From Neoconidiobolus thromboides FSU 785 (lineage: Eukaryota > Fungi > Entomophthoromycota): a stretch of DNA of 45,888 nucleotides. Position numbers and translations under genes: made by a program. Below are positions 36,624 to 44,639 of the stretch, in pieces; position 1 is the first letter of the stretch, and each line of letters starts with the position of its first letter. A model generated the notes under the pieces. It made no database searches. It worked only from the letters and a program-made list of their open reading frames with translations, and had not been told where the DNA came from. The DNA lies in NCBI GenBank assembly GCA_025603075.1, contig MU626418.1:1-45888 (forward strand), read 5' to 3'.

Positions 36624-37396
36624 ATATACTTCATTCACTTTGAACATAGTATTTTCATCTTCAAAATTTATGGTAGTTTTATTTTCAAAATATTGAGCTT
36701 GTTTTGATACTTAGTTTAGAGGTAAGTGCTGTTATTACTAGACTAGTAGATCAAGGACTACTTGATTATAATGAAAAGATAAGTACATATTGGCCTGAGT
36801 TTGGCAATGGTAATGAAGGAGAAGTGGCAATCGCTGATTTACTATAACATGAAGGAAGAGTATCCTTTCTAATGAATCCAAAACCAACCTATAACCTATG
36901 GGGAAGTATTACACAACTAAACTTAAAACTATTATTTCTAATACACCATATGGTATGACGGTAAAAGGGTACGATGATACCATGGTGTAACAAGAGAGTT
37001 AATTCTTAATGAAATTGTAAGAATAGTTGATAAAAAAGGGCGTAGCATTGGACAATTATTTAAAAAATAAATTAATTCGAGGTATAACATGGAATTTTAT
37101 TTAGGATTAGAAGAATCAAATAGTCATCGAAGAGCAAGATAATATAATCATCCTATCTTAGACATCTCAACTCTTTTTTTACCTGAGCGGGTGATTGGAA
37201 ATAAGGCTATTAAGTATGATAAAAGTGTCATTAAAAAGATTCAAGTTTAAATAAAACACTTCGTTCGAAAGTATCAAAAAACTGAGGTTTTGCTAATACT
37301 GCTGATCTTAAGGCCATTGAATCTTCTATTTTTAATGATCACAGTAACGCGAAATCGGTAAGATCATTGTATTTTTAAAAATTTTGATTAACTTAC

Positions 37397-37494
37397 GGGA
37401 ATGTATTTTTATGTTTAAGAATTTTACTATAAATTTTTCAGATGAAATAGCGCTTAAAAGGTACAAAAAGTGATGAAGCCAAAAAAATATCCCC
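37397..37494 (-). mobile_element. MITE family copy 9 (diverged, intronic)
   Basis: Reverse orientation, 98 bp; flanks TTAC/CTAT no longer match; sits inside predicted intron 37358-37507. Confidence 0.85.
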
Positions 37495-37927
37495 CTATTG
37501 AGTTTAGCTTGCTACTATAAATACTATCTTTGCTAATGAACGAATATCACATCATAAAAGATTTATAAGTGAGTTTGATATAAAAGGAGCAATAAGTGAA
37601 GGCATTAAAACAACCGATGTACCAATGCTTAGAGAAGCAGAGATAACTAAAGGAGGTATTAGGGTGTTTAGATGTAAAGGGATTGGAGAGTACTCAGATG
37701 TATCTTCCTATGACTAGGGTGAAATCGGTGGTGGCTGTATTCGATATTTCCCCGAATACAAGTTTTCTTTCACTCATGTCATGAATGCACAGCATACTGT
37801 CATGCCAAGTGAGGGAAGAGCTGTTGCTTCGCTTTGTACTGTTTTCAAAGAGCATTTGAAAGTATTTAATAAGGAATGAATCCAGTTTCCATTAAAATGT
37901 TGTAGGGCTGATAACAAATTTTTATAT

Positions 37928-38024
37928 GGGGATGTATTTTTATGTCCAAGAATTTTACTAACAAATTTTCTATTCAATAGTGCTTAAAAGATGGAAAAAG
38001 TAATGAAGCTAAAAAAATATCCCC
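37928..38024 (-). mobile_element. MITE family copy 10
   Basis: Reverse orientation, 97 bp, flanks ATAT/GTAT (1 mismatch). Confidence 0.9.
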
Positions 38025-38637
38025 GTATAGTGTTTAAAAATTATAATCTATGGGTTGGTATACCTAAAATTAAAATATTAAAAATTGAACATGTAAATTC
38101 TAGAACTATAGCTAAATTGTATATATAGTTTCTAAGATATCTTTTGTTGTTTTACTAAATTAATGCGCAATCATTGTAACTATCTGTCTATTAATATTAC
38201 ATACATATTGCATAGTTTAACTAATATTTAAGTGATAGTAGCTTTTAAATAAAAAGTTTCAAGGCTTAGCATAAGTAATGTACTTGATGTATCTTTATTT
38301 TCTATATTTTCATATATCATAGCTTTTGGTATTTGGATATTATAAATTTTACTTTAAATTGACTTCTACTGAAGTCAAAAACTTGAAGCCACCTTGTCAT
38401 TATAAAAGTAAAACTGATAATTGAAGATACTAAAGTACTAATAGAAACTTTCATATTGGTTTTTTTAAGGTTTATAACCAATAGATATTTAACTTAGTAA
38501 ATTTTTATTTACTATGATTTAACTAAAGACTCAACAGATTGAACCAGCAGTATAATAATTGGTATCCAACCCATCACTTTCGATGGAAAATGAAAATAGT
38601 TTAATACATAACATCATTTATAACCTCTTAAAAAAAT

Positions 38638-38880
38638 TTATTCATAATAACAACAGCAGGTTAACCATAAAAGACCACAACATTCACCTTTCTTATATCT
38701 ACCCGATGGGCCTGAACATCTCTTACAACGATCGTTACATAATCTAGCTCCTGCTGGCGCTTTACATGATCCAGCGGCACCACATTCTTGAATCTCACTA
38801 GCTATTTTACCTTCTGGAGCAGCCGCAAGGATGACGGAAAGGGAAGCAATAGCGAATAATAAAGTGGTTTGGAACTTCAT
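38638..38880 (-). CDS. Small secreted cysteine-rich peptide A, 80 aa, defensin/toxin-like (10 Cys)
   Basis: Hydrophobic signal peptide MKFQTTLLFAIASLSVILAAA; Cys spacing C-x5-C-x8-C-x3-C-x2-C-x11-CC-x6-CCC; paralog at 40409-40651 with 59/80 identical residues; upstream TATA box. Confidence 0.88.
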   Translation of the reverse strand: MKFQTTLLFAIASLSVILAAAPEGKIASEIQECGAAGSCKAPAGARLCNDRCKRCSGPSGRYKKGECCGLLWLTCCCYYE

Positions 38881-38930
38881 TCTTTTTTATAATATTACTT
38901 TTATGATTAATAGATAGTAATTTTCCTTTA

Positions 38931-38938
38931 TTTATATA
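38931..38938 (-). promoter_or_regulatory. Putative TATA box of peptide A
   Basis: TATATAAA on the minus strand 51-58 nt upstream of the ATG, at nearly the same position as in the paralog. Confidence 0.55.
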
Positions 38939-40408
38939 CTTTATCTGTATTGAGGTAATTTTTATTAACCTGTCATAATTGAATTATTAGAGCATTAAAT
39001 TATTTAATTGTTAGAATAATATTTTTTTGTTAGTATTTATTATCTACTTTATTTGAATCCTTAACCTATTAAAAATAGTCTTATTTACTGTTTAAAGGAC
39101 TTACTATCATTATCATTAATAATAGACATTAGTCCTCTACCTCTTGTTAATATGAAAGTTTTTACCCTTTTTTAGAGGACACTAGAATCAAAATCCCGAA
39201 GTTTTTTTTAGCACTTTACTAAACCTAGTAACTATCTTTCTGATTTCACTTCTTATTTGACTTTTTTAACTGTGTTATGTCACAATTCTTAGGATTGTAA
39301 TTTGAAGTTGGAACACCTATTAATCAATTTATGGAATAAGCTGTCAAACATAAATGATAAAAGTTTGTATACATATTTGCTTTGTATCATTATATAGTTA
39401 AATGTTAGTAGATCAAAGTATTTAATATGAAATTACTTTTATTTTAAGCATACGAATAAGAAAAATTAAAAATTAGTTTATATTCGACAGCTTCTACATA
39501 AATTTACCAAACAAAATACACAAATCACACTATTAAAAGTAAGCAGATATATTCTAATAAAGCTAAATCAGTAGTTATAATTATATAAATTAAACAGGCT
39601 TAAAAATGAGTAAGGTTTCATTTTAGTATTCAAAAACTTATAAATCATGGGATGGTCTTATAATTGTTACTGTATCCATTTCAAAGTGGAAGTATATTTC
39701 CTATATTCGAAATCAAAATCAAGAAACAATATCTAAATTTAAGCACTACATCATTGAGCATACATATGGAAATATTTGCTTCTCTTTTTTATAATTTTGG
39801 AATAGCCACTTAAGTCTTAAATAGTTTAATGTTATACATAGTTACCCAGTTCCTACTTTCAAATGTATTAACATTATATTATAGGTTAGTTCACATTCAA
39901 CTTATGCTATTTTCCCAGCCTTAATTTATTAAAGCTTTGTTAAATTCATAATGAATCAAAAAAATTATTCGCATCTTATTAGGCTTTCAATTTCATTTGA
40001 AGTGATTTTATATACCTTTATTAAAAGCTTTTAAAATACTTCTCTAATTAAAATCAACTACCATATAGTTTAATTCCATTATTATTTAGCATACTTTTTT
40101 TGCTAATATACTGTAATAACTAGCTTAAAAGATTCACTAGATTTTTTGTTTTTACTTATCACTTATAATTATTTTTAAATTTGAGTACTATAAGTTTTAT
40201 TTGTTTATCTTGTATTTATATCAAAATAATAGCATTTTAATAGACACAATTTGATAAATATATAACTACGACTAATAGCTTCATAAAGTTTTAATTAACA
40301 AAACTCATCCTTTTACAAATTATAGTGATAAACACACCACAATAAAATCATTTAAAGACAAAAATAGTTTCAATAAAATCATTCTTTATTAACTTAAACC
40401 CTTCAACT

Positions 40409-40651
40409 TTATTCATAATAACAACAACAAGTTAACCAGCCCCAACCACAACAATCTCCTTTTTTATAAGGTCCAGTTGGACCAGAACATTTCTTACAAC
40501 GATCATTACATAGTTTTCTGCCACCAATTCCTTTACATGAACCCGCAGCTCCACAGGCCTGGATCTCAGCAGCTATGTTGGCTTCTGGGGCAGCAGCAAT
40601 AGCAGTGGAGAGAGAAGCGATGGTAATTAATAATGTAGATTGAAATTTCAT
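40409..40651 (-). CDS. Small secreted cysteine-rich peptide B, 80 aa, defensin/toxin-like (10 Cys)
   Basis: Signal peptide MKFQSTLLITIASLSTAIAAA; same length and Cys spacing as peptide A; many synonymous differences between the pair with both frames intact. Confidence 0.88.
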   Translation of the reverse strand: MKFQSTLLITIASLSTAIAAAPEANIAAEIQACGAAGSCKGIGGRKLCNDRCKKCSGPTGPYKKGDCCGWGWLTCCCYYE

Positions 40652-40703
40652 CTTTTGAAGACACTTAATGTTTTTGATAATTTGATTTTACTAGTTTCTT
40701 TTG

Positions 40704-40711
40704 TTTATATA
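40704..40711 (-). promoter_or_regulatory. Putative TATA box of peptide B
   Basis: TATATAAA on the minus strand 53-60 nt upstream of the ATG. Confidence 0.55.
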
Positions 40712-41559
40712 CCCTTATTGATTTACAGGCTTGGTTTATTATACACTATTACAAGCATGAAATGTCATTGTTTGTTATTGAATTAGTTTCAGTATCATAA
40801 AAGAAGATTGAAAAATACTGAGTATTTATTAATAAGAAAGCCTTTAACCTTTTTTGAATATATTATATCTAAAACCCGAAATTGTTGACACTTTTCTATA
40901 ATTAGTAATTATCACTTAAATTCATTTTATCAAATTTGATTTTTTAAATTTTGTTGCGTCACTTAATCCTTGGTTTCAGAATTTTAAATTAGAACACTTT
41001 TAATAATTTTGTTTTCGTAAAATATTCCATAATTCATAATTGTATTATAAATAGCAAATGTAACTATTGACTTGATCAATGTGATAAACCAAAGTTATTT
41101 AAAACAAAACTTAGTCTTTAAAAAACTAAATATATAAAAAGATAATCTAAAAATCTAATAAAAAACTATAAATAAAGATATAAATTGAGAAATTATAACA
41201 AATGATAAAATTGGATCTTAATTACTAAAAATACTCAAATTAGATTATGCCTAATTATGTATTTATTTAAATTGGAAGTGTATTATTCATAAATTTTGAT
41301 ATTTTAAAATTGAAATAAAATTATCGATTTTGAGTATTACTTCATTAAGTAAATGATTAAAAATGTTTGTTTTGAATATTAATGATTACAATTTAACAAA
41401 ATTATTATACAATGACTATATATTGTTTATCAATAATTTTTAATTTAAATATTAATTAACGTAATGCTATACTTATGAGTATTGTTTCCACCTGAAAATA
41501 GTATTTTATACTGCTGTTTGAATTTATTAGCTTTTGCGTTTGATTATTGGTCAATATTT

Positions 41560-41656
41560 GGGGATATTTTTTTGGCTTCATTACTTTTACATTTCTTAAG
41601 CACTATTTAAGTGGAAAAATTGTTAGGAAAATTCTTAAACACCAAAATATATCCCC
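41560..41656 (+). mobile_element. MITE family copy 11
   Basis: 97 bp, flanked by ATTT (41556-41559) / ATTT (41657-41660). Confidence 0.9.
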
Positions 41657-42045
41657 ATTTAATAAAGTGAAATAATTATAAAATAATCAAATAAAATAAA
41701 TCAAAGCGAAGTTTATAACAAGTTAATGATTTTATAGAATGGTTTGACCCGATTAATTATTGATACTATTGTAATAAAATGAATAATAACATATATTTCT
41801 TTAATACATAAATATAATAAAATAACTATAATTAAAGGTATTCATTTTATAAACATAATTTCTATTATAATAAAATCAACCTTATTTCATTTTTAATTGT
41901 TGTGTTACGTATCACACTTATTTAGATGATATTAAGTATTAGATGAAACAATTATTGCTTACTATAATTAGCTTATTTTCAACTAAGATTCAAAAAAACT
42001 TTTTTGATTTTCTTCTTTGTTAATATATTATAAAAAAGATTATAT

Positions 42046-42144
42046 GAGAGTGTTTTTTTTGACTTCATTATTTTTTCCATTTTTTAAGCGCTATTTAAGC
42101 GGAAAATTTTTTAGTAAAATTCTTAAACACGAAAATACATCCCT
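42046..42144 (+). mobile_element. MITE family copy 12
   Basis: 99 bp, GAGAGTG...ACATCCCT, ATAT/ATAT flanks. Confidence 0.9.
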
Positions 42145-43297
42145 ATATCTATTTAATGTGTAGCCAAATCATTAGTGGGTATTAAAGCAATAAAGTATTG
42201 GTTTTTAGCTATTATTTTTGTCAATATTATTTATTAATAAATCATATGGAGACTCTATTACTTTGAAAGTATAAAAAAAGTCAATCTATAATTTTTTTAT
42301 CAATATAATATTTAAATATCATTAAAATTGTAAAAAATAAAATCCTAAGCTGCTATATCATTCATCATTATCTTCCTTTCTGATGTTGCTACAACAATTT
42401 TAGAAGCCAAAGTAACTAATGAAACCTAATTATGTAGAGTATTTAAATCCTACATTGTGTAAAATATCGTTTTTTCAGCTCCATGATTGATTATAGCATA
42501 ATAATCACTTAAGTTGTTATATTCTCGAGTTCAGAGACAATCAATTCCATGCTCTTAGTTTGATTTGCTATGAGAATTTCTAGCTTCATCTCAAAGAATG
42601 TTATCTTCTCATTTTGATATTTGTACTTGTCAGAGCATAAAAGAGATTTTAGAGTATAGTAGCTCGAGGCTTTTTTACTGAATTACTTCCCTGATATCTC
42701 GTACATTTAATAAAGCCACTGAATTTTCTTAACAGTGTTTTACGTAGATTTTACAGTAGTATTGTCTATTCTATTTGTTTTACATAGTCTGTAGCCTATT
42801 ACGTGCTATTCTTTATGATCCAAGTCTATCTTAGTTACATAAACTAAGATCTTTCAACTTAAAGTATAGTCAACTAGGCAATAGCTCCTACTGACTCCAA
42901 TCACTGAGTACCAGATTCCACAATTGGAATTAGAAGAAGCAGTAGAATCTGTAATAAATTAGATGAAAAATGCTCAGGCCTACCTGAGAAATATAAAAAA
43001 AGAATATTACAAATTACTATAACCATCTTATTGCTTTTATTATAATTAAGCTAATTTATTAAGATGACGAATAAGTATGTTGTTTTAATAACTATTAACA
43101 TTTTTAATATTATGTATAATCACCAAAAATTAGTTTGAATGGTTTATTTTTTGTAAATATTCAAACAAATAAGCTTATATTAACGAGTATTATTGAAAAC
43201 TAACTATTGACATAATTTTACAATATTTTTGCGTATTTCAGTGTTTCTTATTTAGATTAATATTAATGCTTTGTTTAGATTTTATTTTTCAAAAAAT

Positions 43298-43397
43298 GGG
43301 AATGAATTCTTCTGCTTAAGAATTTTACTAACAGCTTCTCCATTCAAATAACGCTTAAAGAAAGGGAAAAGTGATGAAACCAAAAAAAAACATTCCC
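43298..43397 (-). mobile_element. MITE family copy 13 (diverged)
   Basis: Reverse orientation, 100 bp, flanked by AAAT (43294-43297) / AAAT (43398-43401). Confidence 0.88.
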
Positions 43398-43519
43398 AAA
43401 TACTTCTATTGAAAAGGGTCAAATAAAGATCAGTACCTAATCTTGTGTAAACCACTTCATCTCCCCCTCTTTTTACTTATTTTGAATGACTTGAGTTTAA
43501 ATAGTTGAGTAATGAACGT

Positions 43520-43950
43520 TTAGCACTAGCCTGGTGACTTGCTAATGAGGCTTTTTTCAATAGAATAACTATTCATCTATATAAATCTGAAGTTGAATCC
43601 AGCTGCCCTTTTTGTAATAAACCTAAAGTTTCTACCAAATATTGTTATTCAGCTCTAAAATCAATACCTTATGGTACCATTATATTTCAGTTATTAGTTA
43701 TAGCCTACATAACTTCTTGCTTGATATGTATGATATGATTAGTTGCCTATAGGATTTTTATCCTACCCTCTTAGCTTGCTTCAATCTCTCTGTTATATTG
43801 ACCGCCTATAAAATCCATACGAACCTTTATTTTTCAGCAGAAAGTCAGTCCCTTTAGTCCATTCTATTCTTATAGAATGGTGTATTGCATGAGAGACTGA
43901 TTTTGATCTTGCTAAAATTAGGTTGGACAAAAACTTTAAGGATAGAGGTA
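43520..43950 (+). mobile_element. Possible decayed 3' end of a non-LTR retrotransposon ORF2 (zf-RVT/CCHC-like)
   Basis: Frame from 43520 reads LALAW*LANEAFFNRITIHLYKSEVESSCPFCNKPKVSTKYCY, resembling W-x-L...CPxC-x8-H-x4-C with His replaced by Tyr; stops and frameshifts follow. Confidence 0.35.
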
Positions 43951-44542
43951 CTCTGACATTGTGAATAGCTGCTCTTCCTTAATTCTTTTTATCGTTAATT
44001 AATTTTACCACTTGGAAGTTCTCTCAAAAAATTAAAAAAAACATCACTATCAATTTGTAAAGATGTTACCAGCTGCTATTTTACATTCATTTGCAATCAT
44101 CTAATTGCGTTATTATTAGAGAATAAATAATTAATGTTTATTTCAAATTTTCTAAATTTTTTCTAAACCTTTCGGAATAATTTATATAATTCATTTAAAC
44201 CATCTTTCATTAATAGATAGTGTTCTCTAAAAAATATGCAATTTTCTTTCTATCTAACTTTTAACTTTAAACATACTATTCATCTCTTCATAGACCTAAT
44301 TTCAATCCTAAAAAGCTAAAGCGTTAGCAGCTTGAAATGTTTATTACTTCGATAGTTACTGTTGCTAAAAGTGTAGTAAGTGAGACAGTCAATAAAGTTA
44401 TAAATGTCAGAGCTATAGACTTGACTAAGGTAAAGACCATCTATATGGTCTATTAATAGCTAAAGAAAGTTATTCCTTAGCCTTAGTGTTAGGCTAAATA
44501 ATGTTAACTTGGATAAAATTATTGTAAGGAATAATATAATAT

Positions 44543-44639
44543 GGGAGTGTTTTTTTTGACTTCATTCTTTTTTCCATTTTCGAACACTATTTAGCGGAAA
44601 AATTGTTAGTAAAATTCTTAAACACAAAAATACATCCCC
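44543..44639 (+). mobile_element. MITE family copy 14
   Basis: 97 bp, ATAT/ATAT flanks. Confidence 0.92.

Larger units (their letters stand above)
36226..37879 (+). pseudogene. Beta-lactamase-family (class C / EstB-like) serine hydrolase pseudogene, interrupted by three MITE copies
   Basis: Manual translation: ELGAGVS...VIDLYSGYQDLEKRIAY[MITE]TSFTLNIVFSSSKFM|intron 36673-36721|VSAVITRLVDQGLLDYNEKISTYWPEFGNGNEGEVAIADLL*HEG...YHGVTRELILNEIVRIVDKKGRSIGQLFKK*INSRYNMEFYLGL...SNAKS|intron 37358-37507|LATINTIFAN...SYD*GEIGGGCIRYFPEYKFSFTHVMN. SxxK at 36655-36666. Several stops and frameshifts. The 5' boundary is uncertain. Confidence 0.85.

Noticed and set aside
36521-36627. MITE as a Tc1/mariner (TA-TSD, Stowaway-like) element with TGGG...CCCA ends
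   Set aside because: Compatible with the ATAT copies alone. But ATTT/ATTT and AAAT/AAAT flanks are not TA, and the ATAA/ATAA copy would need two coincident mutations. A 4-bp TSD explains all intact copies.
36226-37879. Active antibiotic-resistance gene or recent bacterial transfer
   Set aside because: Multiple stops and frameshifts, spliceosomal introns and host-like AT-rich codon usage; the family is mostly esterases in fungi.
38559-38747. 62-aa + strand ORF overlapping peptide A
   Set aside because: Antisense to a well-supported gene, TTG start, no counterpart at paralog B.
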